The notes beneath the pieces were generated by a model. The model saw only the letters and a program-made list of their open reading frames with translations. It did not search any database and was not told the DNA's origin. Source: an uncultured Chloroflexia bacterium (lineage in GTDB: Bacteria > Chloroflexota > Limnocylindria > Limnocylindrales > CSP1-4). Taken from it: a stretch of 64,000 nucleotides of DNA. The first letter of the stretch is position 1. Every line of letters starts with the position of its first letter. The stretch spans positions 96,001 to 160,000 of the forward strand of contig CAVYBU010000017.1 of NCBI GenBank assembly GCA_963766735.1, in the 5' to 3' direction. The position numbers and the translations under genes are program-made. This document shows positions 25,724 through 35,782 of the stretch, in pieces.

Positions 25724-27562
25724 ATGAATGGCTGGACGGGACAGTTCCTTCGGGTCAACCTGACCGACAGGACCCATCGCGTGGAGTCCTTCTCGGAGGA
25801 GTTCGCCAACACCTGGATCGGCGGCCGCGGCTTCGCCGTCAAGATCCTCTACGACGAGCTCGCCCCGGGGATCGATCCCCTCGGGCCGGAGAACAAGCTC
25901 GTCGTGGCCGTCGGCCCCATCTCCGGAGTTCCGGCCCCCAACACCGGCAAGACGATCGTGGCCGCGAAGTCGCCTGCCACCGGCGCATATGGCGACGGGA
26001 ACCTGGGCACGCGGGTCACGGACCAGCTCCGCAAGGCCGGCTACGACGCCCTGATCATCGAGGGCCGGGCGGATGGCCCGACGATGCTCGTGATCCAGGA
26101 CGACGAGGTCACATTCGAGTCGGCCGAAGAGGTCTGGGGCAAGGGCACGATCGCGACCAACGAGTGGATCTACTCGCGGTTCGACAAGGGCGCAGGGGTC
26201 CTCAACATCGGCCCGGCCGGCGAGAACATGGTCAACTTCGCCGTCATTCGCAGCTTCGAGGGACGGTCCGGCGGACGGCCCGGCATGGGCGCCGTCATGG
26301 GCTCCAAGCTGCTCAAGGCCATCGTCGTCAAGGGCACCAAGCCGATCCCGATGGCCTTCCCGGCCAAGATGAAGGAGCTGGGCCGGGACGACCTGCGTGA
26401 GGTCCACCAGATCGACAAGGCGGCCGCCTGGTCCGTCCAGGGCACGACGGGCGTCCTGCCCTGGTGCAACGAGGTCGCGGCGCTCCCGGTCCACAACTTC
26501 CGGGGAACCAGCCACCCGGACGCCTGGCAGGTGGACGGCGAGCGCGTCAACGCTGCCCGCGTCGCCACCTACGGCTGCCCGAACTGCACCATGCGCTGCG
26601 GGATCGCCGTCCTCGACGACGAGGGCCGCGAGTCGGAGCTCGACTACGAGCCGGTCGGCCTGCTCGGCCCGAACCTGGACCTGTACAACCTGCCCGAGGT
26701 TGCGTCGCTCAACTGGCTGTGCGACGACTACGGGCTCGACACGATCTCAGCCGGCGCCGTGCTCAGCTTCTACGCCGACGCCATCGAGCACGGCGCCACC
26801 ACCGGCGATCCACTGTTCGGCAACGTGGGCCGCTTCAAGACGTTGCTCGGGATGATCGCCCGTCGAGAGGGCGAGATCGGCAACCTGCTCGCAAACGGCG
26901 CGCTGCGCGCGGCCCAGGCGTTCGGCCACGGGTCCGAGGACTACGCGATGCAGGTCAAGGGTCTCGAGATCTCGGCCTACAACTGCAAGTTCATCCCGGG
27001 CATGGCCCTCGCCTTCGGCGTCAGCCCCATCGGCGCCCACCACAAGGAGTCCTGGATCATCACCTACGAGGTGAACGAGACACCCCGCGGGTCCTACGGT
27101 CGCGACAAGGCCCAGAAGATCGTCGACCTGCAGCGGATCCGGGGCGGGCTGTTCGAATCGATCATCACCTGCCGTTTCCCGTGGGTCGAGGTCGGCTGGG
27201 GCGTGGAGCACTACCCCACGTACTTCAACACGATCACCGGCAATGACTGGGCGCTTGAGGACTTCTGGCCGATCTCCGACCGGATCTACGCGCTGATCAA
27301 GCTGTTCTGGCTGCGCGAGTACCCGGAGACGGACCGCTCGGCCGACTACCCGCCGGCCGCCTGGTTCGATCCCGCCAACGCCGATACGGAGGGCCCGATC
27401 GCCGGCATGATCCTGGAGCGCGACAAGTACGACAGCCTCCTCCAGCACTACTACGACATCCGCGGCTACGACACGCGCGGCGTGCCGACTCGCGCCACGC
27501 TCGAGAGCCTGGGACTCGAAGCGGAGGCGTCGGCCGCGGAGGCGTACGCCACGCTCCGCTAG
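25724..27562 (+). CDS. aor: Aldehyde:ferredoxin oxidoreductase (tungstopterin family)
   Basis: GWTGQFLRVNLT, GGRG, KSPATG, GRPGMGAVMGSK, CPNCTMRC, DDYGLDTIS, QVKGLE, YYDIRG. Confidence 0.93.
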   Translation: MNGWTGQFLRVNLTDRTHRVESFSEEFANTWIGGRGFAVKILYDELAPGIDPLGPENKLVVAVGPISGVPAPNTGKTIVAAKSPATGAYGDGNLGTRVTDQLRKAGYDALIIEGRADGPTMLVIQDDEVTFESAEEVWGKGTIATNEWIYSRFDKGAGVLNIGPAGENMVNFAVIRSFEGRSGGRPGMGAVMGSKLLKAIVVKGTKPIPMAFPAKMKELGRDDLREVHQIDKAAAWSVQGTTGVLPWCNEVAALPVHNFRGTSHPDAWQVDGERVNAARVATYGCPNCTMRCGIAVLDDEGRESELDYEPVGLLGPNLDLYNLPEVASLNWLCDDYGLDTISAGAVLSFYADAIEHGATTGDPLFGNVGRFKTLLGMIARREGEIGNLLANGALRAAQAFGHGSEDYAMQVKGLEISAYNCKFIPGMALAFGVSPIGAHHKESWIITYEVNETPRGSYGRDKAQKIVDLQRIRGGLFESIITCRFPWVEVGWGVEHYPTYFNTITGNDWALEDFWPISDRIYALIKLFWLREYPETDRSADYPPAAWFDPANADTEGPIAGMILERDKYDSLLQHYYDIRGYDTRGVPTRATLESLGLEAEASAAEAYATLR

Positions 27563-27564
27563 CC

Positions 27565-27792
27565 GTGAACGTCACGCTCAAGCTGGTCGGTGGGTTCGTC
27601 CACACGGTGGGGTTCAGCCAGAAGGAGCTGGACGTCGAGCCGGGGACGACCGTCGCCGACATCCTGGTGATGATCGGGATCGACCGCACCCGGCCCATGA
27701 TCTTCGCCAGGAACGGGCACGGTGCCAAGCCGGACGAGGAAGTGCAGGCGGGCGACAGGATCCTGGTCTCCCCGATCTTCTCCGGAGGCTGA
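27565..27792 (+). CDS. MoaD/ThiS-family sulfur carrier
   Basis: 75-aa beta-grasp-like sequence ending in SGG; directly after aor. Confidence 0.88.
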   Translation: MNVTLKLVGGFVHTVGFSQKELDVEPGTTVADILVMIGIDRTRPMIFARNGHGAKPDEEVQAGDRILVSPIFSGG

Positions 27793-27802
27793 GCGCGGGC
27801 TG

Positions 27803-27900
27803 CCGGGTCGCGTCGCGCGGGCCGCCGCGTTGCGCCGGTCGGGTTGCCGGCTCGCGCCGGACCCGGGTCGCGCCGGGCCCGGGTCGCGTCGCGCGGGCCG
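27803..27900. repeat. Intergenic GC-rich 22-bp direct repeat with partial copies
   Basis: CCGGGTCGCGTCGCGCGGGCCG at 27803-27824 and 27879-27900. Confidence 0.6.
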
Positions 27901-27965
27901 GATTCGGCGCCGGCGGGTACGCTCCGGGTCGCTCAAACGCGCCGCGTCCCGCCCAGAGGTTCCCG

Positions 27966-29537
27966 ATGACCGCCACACCCCGCCACAAGATCACGTACGC
28001 CACCCTGCGCGCCGACAACGAAGATCTGCACACGCTCTATGAGGCCGGCCTGGAGAAGGCCAGGAGCCGGCTCGGCGCGTACCACCGGAACGTGATCGAC
28101 GGTGTCGAGCGCGACGGCGAGGGCACCTTCGAGGTCCGCTCGCCCATTGACACCGACATCCTCGTCGGCACGTTTGCCAGGGGCACCCGGGCCGACGTGC
28201 GGGACGCCATCGCCGCGGCCCGCCGCGCGCAGCCGGGGTGGTTCCGCCTCGGCTGGGAGAAGCGCCTGGAGATCCTGAAGGCGGCCGCGGAGCTCATCTC
28301 CGAGCGCCAGATGGAGTACGGCGGCATGATGGCCATCGAGGTGGGCAAGACCCGCATCGAGGCCCTGGGCGAGGTCGAGGAGGCGGCCGATCTCATCCGC
28401 TACTACGCGAAGACGGCCGAGGACAACGCCTTCTACGACCACGAGATGGACAACCTGGGTGACCCGGCCGTCCGAACCCGGTCGATCCTCCGCCCGCACG
28501 GCGTGTTCGCAGTGATCGCCCCGTTCAACTTCCCGATGGCCCTGGCCGTCGGCCCGACCTCGGCCGCGATGATGGCCGGCAACACCGTGATCCTCAAGCC
28601 GGCCACCGCGTCGGCCATGACGGCGATATCGATCCTGGAGGCGTACCGCGACGCGGGCGTGCCGGATGGCGTGTTCAACCTGGTCATGGGCCCCGGCGGC
28701 ACCGTCGGCGCCGAGCTCCAGGAGAACCCGGGAATCGACGGCATCGTGTTCACCGGCTCGTACGAGGTCGGCTTCGACATCTTCCGCAACTTCTCGAAGC
28801 GGTACCCGCGGCCGTGCATCGTGGAGATGGGCGGCAAGAACACGGCCATCGTGCTGGGCAGCGCGGACCTCGAGGAGGCGGCCGAGGGCATCATGCGGTC
28901 CGCCTTCGGGTACGGCGGGCAGAAGTGCTCCGCGAACAGCCGCGTCTACGTCGAGAGGCCGGTCCACGATCAGCTGGTCCGGATCCTGGTCGAGAAGACC
29001 GAGAGGCTGGATGTGGGCGACCCGCTGCCGCGGACCGCGTTCTTCGGCCCGATCATCGACCAGGCCGCGGTCGATCGCCACCAGCAGGCAGTCGCCGAGG
29101 CACGCCGCGACGGCGCGGTCTTCACCGGCGGCGAGCGCCTCACCGACGGCGCGCTCGCCCGCGGCTTCTACGTCGAGCCGACGGTCGTGGGCCTGCCCGC
29201 CTCGCACCGGTTGTTCCAGGACGAGCTGTTCGCGCCGTTCACGGCCGTGGCGCCCGTGGACTCGCTCGACGAGGCCCTCGCCCTTTCGAACGACAACGAC
29301 TACGGCCTGACCGCGGGCGTGTACAGCGAGGACCCGGCCGAGGTGCAGCGGTTCCTCGAGGAGATCCACGCCGGCGTGCTGTACGTCAACCGGCGTGCGG
29401 GCGCGACGACGGGCGCCTGGCCGGGGGTGCAGGCATTCGGCGGCTGGAAGGGTTCCGGCTCCACAGGCAAGTCCGGGCTGTCGATGTACTACGTCGCGCA
29501 GTTCCTGCGCGAGCAGAGCCACACCGTCGTCGACTGA
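27966..29537 (+). CDS. NAD-dependent aldehyde dehydrogenase (P5C-dehydrogenase-like)
   Basis: PFNFP, FTGS, EMGGKN, GQKCSA (catalytic Cys), ELFAP, QAFGGWKGSG. Confidence 0.92.
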   Translation: MTATPRHKITYATLRADNEDLHTLYEAGLEKARSRLGAYHRNVIDGVERDGEGTFEVRSPIDTDILVGTFARGTRADVRDAIAAARRAQPGWFRLGWEKRLEILKAAAELISERQMEYGGMMAIEVGKTRIEALGEVEEAADLIRYYAKTAEDNAFYDHEMDNLGDPAVRTRSILRPHGVFAVIAPFNFPMALAVGPTSAAMMAGNTVILKPATASAMTAISILEAYRDAGVPDGVFNLVMGPGGTVGAELQENPGIDGIVFTGSYEVGFDIFRNFSKRYPRPCIVEMGGKNTAIVLGSADLEEAAEGIMRSAFGYGGQKCSANSRVYVERPVHDQLVRILVEKTERLDVGDPLPRTAFFGPIIDQAAVDRHQQAVAEARRDGAVFTGGERLTDGALARGFYVEPTVVGLPASHRLFQDELFAPFTAVAPVDSLDEALALSNDNDYGLTAGVYSEDPAEVQRFLEEIHAGVLYVNRRAGATTGAWPGVQAFGGWKGSGSTGKSGLSMYYVAQFLREQSHTVVD

Positions 29538-29686
29538 CAGGTGCGGCGCAGGGCCTGCGGGACCTGGCGCTCGCCGGTTGCTGAGCAGGCGATTGACCGT
29601 GCGACCGGTCGCCCGGGACGTATTGCGAATGGGCTCTTCGGACCCCTCGCGCCCGCGTGCCGCTCTGTTATCCTGCTATTCACTCT

Positions 29687-29701
29687 GCATAGGTTCTATG
29701 C
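29687..29701. promoter_or_regulatory. Palindrome GCATAG-GTT-CTATGC in an AT-rich patch upstream of the aminotransferase operon
   Basis: Perfect 6-bp inverted repeat about 60 bp upstream of the GTG at 29762. Confidence 0.35.
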
Positions 29702-29761
29702 GTTCTGGCTCGCAACCGGCTCGCCGCACCTGACCGCCGACGACACACCCGAGGAGGCCCC

Positions 29762-31120
29762 GTGACCACGCCGCTCCAGGCGCGCCCGATCCCTGACATC
29801 GTGACCGAGCTGCCGGGCCCCAAGGCCCGCGCCCACATCGAGTTCGACCACGCCTGGACGAGTCCCAGCCTCCCCCGCGCCTACCCGATCGTCCCCGTCC
29901 GCGGCCTCGGCTGCGCCGTCGAGGACATCGATGGCAATGTCTTCCTGGATTTCGCCGCCGGGATCGCGGTGAACTCCACCGGTCACAGCCACCCGGACAT
30001 CGTCGCGGCGATCCAGCGCCAGGCCGCCGAGCTCCAGCACTTCTCCGCCAGCGACTTCTACCTGCCGATCTACGCGCAGGCTGCCGCGGAGCTCGCCCGC
30101 ATCGCCCCCATGGCGGGCCCGAAGCGGACCTTCATCGGCAACTCCGGGGCGGAGGTCGTCGAGGCCAGCCTCAAGCTGGCCCGGTACCACACGCGCCGCC
30201 AGAACGTGATCGCCTTCCTCGGCGCGTTCCACGGCCGCACGATGGGCGCCGTCAGCCTGACCGCCAGCAAGGCCAAGTACCACGCCCACTTCGGCCCGCT
30301 GGTCCCCGGCGTCTACCACGTGCCGTACGGCAACGACGGCCTGGACGAGATCGAGACCCGGATCTTCAGGCACCTGATGCCGGCCGACGAGTTCGCCGCG
30401 GTCATCGTGGAGCCGATCCAGGGCGAGGGCGGGTACATCGTTCCCGAGGCTGACTTCCTGCTCCGCCTGCGCGAGCTGTGCGACCGTCACGGGATCCTGC
30501 TCATCGCCGACGAGGTCCAGTCGGGCGCGGGTCGCACCGGCCTGATGTGGGCGATCCAGCACTGGGACGTCGAGCCCGACATCCTGCTCACGGCCAAGGG
30601 CATCGGCTCCGGCATGCCGGTGGGCGCGATGGTCGCGCGGGCCGACGTCATGTCCTGGGGCCCGGGTGCCCACGGCAGCACCTACGGTGGCAACCCCGTC
30701 GCGCTGGCCGCGCTGCTGGAGACAATCCGCCTGCTCGAGAACGGCCTGATCGCCAATGCCGGCATCCGCGGACGCGAGATCCAGGAGGCGCTCCGCCCGC
30801 TGCTCGGACGGTTCCCGGGCATGGTCAAGGACGTCCGAGGCAAGGGCCTGATGATCGGCATCCAGTTCGACTCCGGCGATACCGCCGAGGCCGTCCAGAT
30901 GCAGGCGTTCGATCGAGGGCTCCTGGTCCTCGAGGCCGGTGCCGACGCAGTCCGGATGTCGCCGCCGCTCGTCGTCTCCCAGGCCGAGGCCTCGACAGCG
31001 GTACGGATCTTCACCGAGGCGGTCGCGCACGTCGCCGCCCACCGCGGGGAGGACATCGACGAGGTCCAGGCCGAGATCCGGATGGGCCTTGCGACGGAGG
31101 GCTTCGGCGCAGAGGGCTGA
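29762..31120 (+). CDS. Class III PLP aminotransferase (GabT/ornithine-like)
   Basis: NSGAE, FHGRT, EPIQGEGG, DEVQSGAGRTG, TAKG, STYGGNP. Confidence 0.92.
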   Translation: MTTPLQARPIPDIVTELPGPKARAHIEFDHAWTSPSLPRAYPIVPVRGLGCAVEDIDGNVFLDFAAGIAVNSTGHSHPDIVAAIQRQAAELQHFSASDFYLPIYAQAAAELARIAPMAGPKRTFIGNSGAEVVEASLKLARYHTRRQNVIAFLGAFHGRTMGAVSLTASKAKYHAHFGPLVPGVYHVPYGNDGLDEIETRIFRHLMPADEFAAVIVEPIQGEGGYIVPEADFLLRLRELCDRHGILLIADEVQSGAGRTGLMWAIQHWDVEPDILLTAKGIGSGMPVGAMVARADVMSWGPGAHGSTYGGNPVALAALLETIRLLENGLIANAGIRGREIQEALRPLLGRFPGMVKDVRGKGLMIGIQFDSGDTAEAVQMQAFDRGLLVLEAGADAVRMSPPLVVSQAEASTAVRIFTEAVAHVAAHRGEDIDEVQAEIRMGLATEGFGAEG

Positions 31121-31194
31121 TCGGGCACACTCTGCCCATCGGCCCGCCGGAGCGCGGGCGAACGCACATGAGCCCTGGGAGCGGAGGACGATCC

Positions 31195-32121
31195 ATGCCC
31201 GGCAAGGTTGCCTCGATGCGCGACGCCATCGCGGACCTCGTGCGGGACGGCGACACGGTCGCGATCGAGGGATTCACGCACCTGATCGGCTTCTCGGCCG
31301 GCCACGAGATCATCCGCCAGGGCCGGCGGGACCTGACCCTGGCGCGGATGACCCCGGACGTCATCTACGACCAGATGATCGCAGGCGGCGTGGCCCGCAA
31401 GCTGATCTTCTCCTGGCTCGGCAACCCGGGCGTCGGCGGGCTGAATGCCATCCGCCGGCGGATCGAGCCGGCGTCGCTGGGCGGCAACCCGCCCCTGGAG
31501 ATCGAGGAGTACAGCCACTTCGGCATGGTCGCCCGGTACACCGCCGGCGCCGCCAACCTGCCGTTCATGCCCCTGCGCTCCTACTTCGAGACCGACCTGC
31601 CGAAGGCGAACCCGCTCATCCGCGAGATCCGCTCGCCGTACTCGGACGAGACCGTCTACGCGGTGCCCCCGCTCAACCCGGACGTCGCCGTCATCCACGC
31701 CCAGCGCGCGGACTCCAGCGGCAACACCCAGATCTGGGGACTTCTCGGCTGCCAGAAGGAGGCCGCCTTCGCCGCCGATCGCGTGATCGTCGTGGTGGAG
31801 GAGCTCGTGGACGAGGCGGTGATCCGTTCGGACCCGAACCGCACCGTGATCCCCGGCCTGATCGTGGACGCGGTGGTGGTGGACCCGTTCGGCGCCCACC
31901 CCTCGTACGTGCAGGGCGCCTACGACCGGGACAACCGCTTCTACCTGGACTGGGACCCGATCAGCCGGGACGAGGAGAAGGTCCAGGCGTGGCTCCGCGA
32001 GTGGGTCTATGACCTGCCCGACCGGGCCGCGTACGTCGAGAAGATGGGCGCCGACCGCTGGGCGAGCCTCAAGCCCGGCAGCGCCCCTTCCGGGTCCGTG
32101 GACTACGGGGACTACCGATGA
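31195..32121 (+). CDS. CoA-transferase alpha subunit (glutaconate/3-oxoadipate CoA-transferase family)
   Basis: EGFTHLI, HEIIRQG, RMTPD, GNPGVG, HAQRAD, DPNRTVIPG, GAHPS. Confidence 0.88.
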   Translation: MPGKVASMRDAIADLVRDGDTVAIEGFTHLIGFSAGHEIIRQGRRDLTLARMTPDVIYDQMIAGGVARKLIFSWLGNPGVGGLNAIRRRIEPASLGGNPPLEIEEYSHFGMVARYTAGAANLPFMPLRSYFETDLPKANPLIREIRSPYSDETVYAVPPLNPDVAVIHAQRADSSGNTQIWGLLGCQKEAAFAADRVIVVVEELVDEAVIRSDPNRTVIPGLIVDAVVVDPFGAHPSYVQGAYDRDNRFYLDWDPISRDEEKVQAWLREWVYDLPDRAAYVEKMGADRWASLKPGSAPSGSVDYGDYR

Positions 32122-32897
32122 GCGACCTCGCCTTCTCCAAGAACGAGATGATGATCGTGGCCGCGGCCCGCGAGCTGGCAGGGCAGCACGTCTGCTTCGT
32201 GGGCGTCGGGCTGCCGAACATCGCGGTCAACCTCGCCAAGCGGACGATCGCCCCCGACATGGAGCTCGTCTACGAGGCTGGCGTATTCGGGGCGCGGCCG
32301 GCGCGGCTGCCGCTCTCGATCGGGGACCCGACGATCGTGACCGGGGCCACGGCCGTGGTTTCGATGTTCGAGCTGTTCGCGTTCTACCTGCAGCGCGGCC
32401 TCATCGACGTGGGCTTCCTCGGCGCAGCCCAGATCGACCGCTTCGGCAACATCAACACGACGGTCATCGGTGAGTACGACGCGCCGAAGACGCGGCTGCC
32501 GGGCTCGGGCGGCGCGTGCGAGATCGCGATCAACGCCCGCAACGTGTTCGTGATCATGCGCCAGTCCACGCGCTCGTTCGTCGAGCAGATCGACTTCAGG
32601 ACATCACCCGGGAACCTGGGTGGGGCCGAGCAGGCCGAGCGGATCCGCCGGGCCGGCGGCTGGCGCGGACGCGGGCCGTCGGTGGTCGTGACCGATCTTG
32701 GGATCTGGCACTTCGACGACGACGGGGAGATGCGGCTGGACTTCCTGCACCCCGGAGCCACGCTGGACGAGATCCGCGCGACCATCGCCTGGGAGCCCCG
32801 GATCGGTCCGGCCCTCGCCACGACGCCCGTCCCCACCGCGGAGGAGCTGCGCCTGGTGCGCGAGGAGCTGGACCCCGAGGGCGTCTACACGAAGTAG
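32118..32897 (+). CDS. CoA-transferase beta subunit
   Basis: FVGVGLP, LVYEAG (catalytic Glu), LPLSIGD, AQIDRFGNINTT, RLPGSGGA; ATGA overlap. Confidence 0.88.
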   Translation: MSDLAFSKNEMMIVAAARELAGQHVCFVGVGLPNIAVNLAKRTIAPDMELVYEAGVFGARPARLPLSIGDPTIVTGATAVVSMFELFAFYLQRGLIDVGFLGAAQIDRFGNINTTVIGEYDAPKTRLPGSGGACEIAINARNVFVIMRQSTRSFVEQIDFRTSPGNLGGAEQAERIRRAGGWRGRGPSVVVTDLGIWHFDDDGEMRLDFLHPGATLDEIRATIAWEPRIGPALATTPVPTAEELRLVREELDPEGVYTK

Positions 32898-32941
32898 CGC
32901 TGCGCCGGACCCGCCGTCGCCGGCATCACCCGTCGCCCGCG

Positions 32942-33685
32942 TCAGATTCCCACGTTCTGGGGCAGGCTGGCGATCACGACGAGGCCGATCGTGAACACCA
33001 CGGCGGCCATCGAGATCATGGTCCGTCGCGTGACCGTGCCGCTGAACTTCGTTCCGACGCCGGCGAAGAACAGCACCGAGGCCATCAGGACGGCGACCAG
33101 GATGAAGTTGTCGCCGGTCTGGTTGGCCGCGCGGGCCTCGGCCGCAAAGCCCTCGGCCTGCGCCAGGAGCTCGTCCGCCTTCTGCTGCTCGGCCAGCACG
33201 TACTCCGGCCGCGAGAACGGCGAGCCGTCCGGAACGGTCCCTTCAGGGGCCGACGCTCGCCAGGCCTGGAAGGCGGGTTTGAACTCCGGCCGGAACCGGT
33301 CCTCGTAGAAGGCCAGCAGGATGGGTCGCTCGGACGCATAGGTGTCCAGCCACGCGATGTACGTGGCGACGTCGACCTGCTGCTGCGCCAGCGCCTTGTT
33401 CGAGGCCCGAACCGACTCGGCGCGGGTCGCGCCCGCCGAGCTGTAGGCGTTCGCCTGGACTCCGCCCCACCGGGTGGCCTGGTAGGCCGACCAGGCGGAC
33501 GCGATCGTCGCCAGCGCAAGAAGCAGGGTCGCGGCCAGCTCGATCCAGTCGCTCTTGCCGAAGCGCTCGGCGACCGAATCGGCGCGATTCGCCAGGCTCC
33601 GCGTGGGGTCTTCGTGGGACGGATCCTCGACGGGCGTCGCTGTCCCGACGGGCACGTCCGTTGTCTGGTCGTCACCGGGGCTCAA
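32942..33685 (-). CDS. Hypothetical membrane protein (DUF4337-like: TM, helical loop, two TM)
   Basis: LLALATIASAWSAYQA, soluble helical region, then two C-terminal TMs. Confidence 0.75.
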   Translation of the reverse strand: MSPGDDQTTDVPVGTATPVEDPSHEDPTRSLANRADSVAERFGKSDWIELAATLLLALATIASAWSAYQATRWGGVQANAYSSAGATRAESVRASNKALAQQQVDVATYIAWLDTYASERPILLAFYEDRFRPEFKPAFQAWRASAPEGTVPDGSPFSRPEYVLAEQQKADELLAQAEGFAAEARAANQTGDNFILVAVLMASVLFFAGVGTKFSGTVTRRTMISMAAVVFTIGLVVIASLPQNVGI

Positions 33686-33755
33686 CGGCGGATCCTCCTG
33701 AAGCGCGGCGGGCTGAGAGAGGGATCATATCCTCGCCATCTGTCACCGCGAAAGC

Positions 33756-34274
33756 CTAGTTGACCGCGGCTTCCTTCGGGCGGACCACCAGGACCGGGCA
33801 CGGCGCGTTGCGGACGACATGCTCCGACACGCTGCCGAGGAACAGGCGGCCGACCGCACCGCGCCCGTGGCTGCCCACAACGATCATGTCAACGTGTTCG
33901 GCCTCGGCGGCCGAGATGATCATGTCGCCCGGGTCACCCGTCCAGACGAGGAACGAGACAGGCACTCCCGCCTCGCGGCCCCGCTCCACCAGATCCTGGG
34001 CGGCCTGCTCGCGGTCCTCGCGTACCTGGTCGACCCGGGCTCGGAACCTGCCGCCGGGCAGGAGCAGCGACCCGGGATCGATGACCGACACGATCAGGAG
34101 CGCAGCGCCGAGCCGGCCGGCCAGATCGAAGGCCTCCTCGGTCGCCGATGACGAGGCCTCGCTGAGATCCGTGGCGAGGAGGATCTTCCTGCCGCCCGGT
34201 TGCGGCGCGGCCGCAAGCTCGGAGCCCGGCTGAGAGGTCGCCTCGCCTTTCGGCCGCGTGGACATCAGGGCCAT
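33756..34274 (-). CDS. Universal stress protein
   Basis: ILLATDLS, GDP, IVVGSHGRG...LGSVSEHVVRNAPCPVLVV. Confidence 0.93.
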   Translation of the reverse strand: MALMSTRPKGEATSQPGSELAAAPQPGGRKILLATDLSEASSSATEEAFDLAGRLGAALLIVSVIDPGSLLLPGGRFRARVDQVREDREQAAQDLVERGREAGVPVSFLVWTGDPGDMIISAAEAEHVDMIVVGSHGRGAVGRLFLGSVSEHVVRNAPCPVLVVRPKEAAVN

Positions 34275-34288
34275 CGTCCGCTGGTCAA

Positions 34289-35650
34289 CTAGGCCAGGAG
34301 TGCTTGGATGATCGCGTCCACGTGCGCCTTCTCGGGCACCACCACGAGCGCGGTGACCATGCCGAACATCCCGTCGAGCCCCTCGACGTGGGGGAGGATG
34401 TGGCAGTGGAATGCCCAGAGGCCGACCCGATCGGCGGTGATGTTCACGTCGAACCGCTCGCCCGGGTTGACGCCCAGGGTGTCGCAGTAGAACGAGGCGC
34501 CCTCGAGCGGGTATCCGTCGCGCGCGACGACCTTCATCCGGTACCCGTGGCTGTGCCACGGGTGCATCATGAACCCCTCGTTCATGAACCGGATGCGCAC
34601 GGTCTCGCCCTGCGCGGCGAGCACCGGGACGACCGCCGGGAAGCCGTGGCCGTTGATCGTGAAGCCGCCGAGCGCATCGTTGGAGATCCAGACGTACTCG
34701 CGGTCGAACTTGTCGTCGGCGGTCGGCTTCTTGGGGTCCACGACAAACGCCCCAAGCAGGCCGCGCCCCACCTGGTCGGTGGCGTTGTGGTGCGAGTGGT
34801 ACATCAGCGAGCCCGGCCGGGAGGCCACGAACTCGTAGGCGAACTCCTCCCCCGGGGCGAACGGCTTCTGGTTGACGAAGGCCACGCCGTCCATGAACGA
34901 GTCGACGAACTCCTCGCCGTGGAAGTGGACGACCGTCGTCTCGTTGAGATTGTTCTTGAAGATCGCGCGGACCTTGTCGCCCTCGGTCACCCGGATCGTG
35001 GGGCCCGGCCATTGCGCGTTGTAGCCGAGGGCCGCCACGGTCGGCATCTTCTCGTCGATCGGCCACTCCATCTCGTCGACGGTAAGGCGGAAGACCTTGA
35101 CGTCCCCGTCCATCTCGTAGGTGAGCGGGGAGACGGCGTCCGTGATCACGAGGTTCGATACCTGTGCGAACGCGGGCTTCATCGCGAGCTCGGGGTAGCC
35201 CTCGGCCACGTCCAGGATGTCGGCAATCTGCGCGTACGTCGCCTCGCCGAAGACGTCCTTGAAGGCGGGGACCAGGTTGCCGAGGTACCGGCGGACCACA
35301 TTCCTTGCGGCGATATCGTGCTCCGTCCAGCCAGGCGGGATGGCCGGGTTGGCGCTCGGAGCGACCGAAGGCGCGACAGTCGCGGCCGCGGACGGGGCCG
35401 CGGTCGCCGGGGCGGCGGTGGGGTTGGCCGGTCCCGGGGTGGCCGGGGCGCCGAAGCTCCAGGCCGGGTTTGCCGCCACCTGGCAGGCAGCGACGCTGGC
35501 CGCCACCAGGCCACCGCCCGTGAGGCCGGCGGCGCGGAGGAACCCGCGGCGGCTGATCGCGTTGGACGCGATGCCCGTGGAGTCCTCGGCGCTGTCGGCC
35601 TGGGACGCATCGGGCGAGGTGTTGACGGGGACGGGACTATCCGCGGACAT
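34289..35650 (-). CDS. Tat-exported two-domain multicopper oxidase (small-laccase type), probable lipoprotein
   Basis: SRRGFLR, VAAC, VHFHG, MYHSH, HPWHSHG, FHCHILPH...GM. Confidence 0.88.
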   Translation of the reverse strand: MSADSPVPVNTSPDASQADSAEDSTGIASNAISRRGFLRAAGLTGGGLVAASVAACQVAANPAWSFGAPATPGPANPTAAPATAAPSAAATVAPSVAPSANPAIPPGWTEHDIAARNVVRRYLGNLVPAFKDVFGEATYAQIADILDVAEGYPELAMKPAFAQVSNLVITDAVSPLTYEMDGDVKVFRLTVDEMEWPIDEKMPTVAALGYNAQWPGPTIRVTEGDKVRAIFKNNLNETTVVHFHGEEFVDSFMDGVAFVNQKPFAPGEEFAYEFVASRPGSLMYHSHHNATDQVGRGLLGAFVVDPKKPTADDKFDREYVWISNDALGGFTINGHGFPAVVPVLAAQGETVRIRFMNEGFMMHPWHSHGYRMKVVARDGYPLEGASFYCDTLGVNPGERFDVNITADRVGLWAFHCHILPHVEGLDGMFGMVTALVVVPEKAHVDAIIQALLA

Positions 35651-35713
35651 GAGCACTCCGGTCGCGTTCGCTGTGGATTGGGGAATGGTCGGTGTCGATG
35701 CTACCGCTGCGAA

Positions 35714-35727
35714 GGGACCAATGGCCC
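35714..35727. promoter_or_regulatory. DosR-box-like site GGGACCAATGGCCC (weaker second site GGGCCCCTGTTCCC about 20 bp downstream)
   Basis: Matches the GGGAC-N4-GNCCC core; lies between the divergent MCO/usp and dosS/dosR-like operons. Confidence 0.55.
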
Positions 35728-35782
35728 GAAGCCGGGGGCCCCTGTTCCCCGCGACGTGTGGCGGGCTGGTAGGCTGCAACCG

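Noticed and set aside
34304-35782. 1041-aa kinase with a giant N-terminal extension
   Set aside because: The extension is the antisense of the multicopper oxidase; the kinase starts near 35783.
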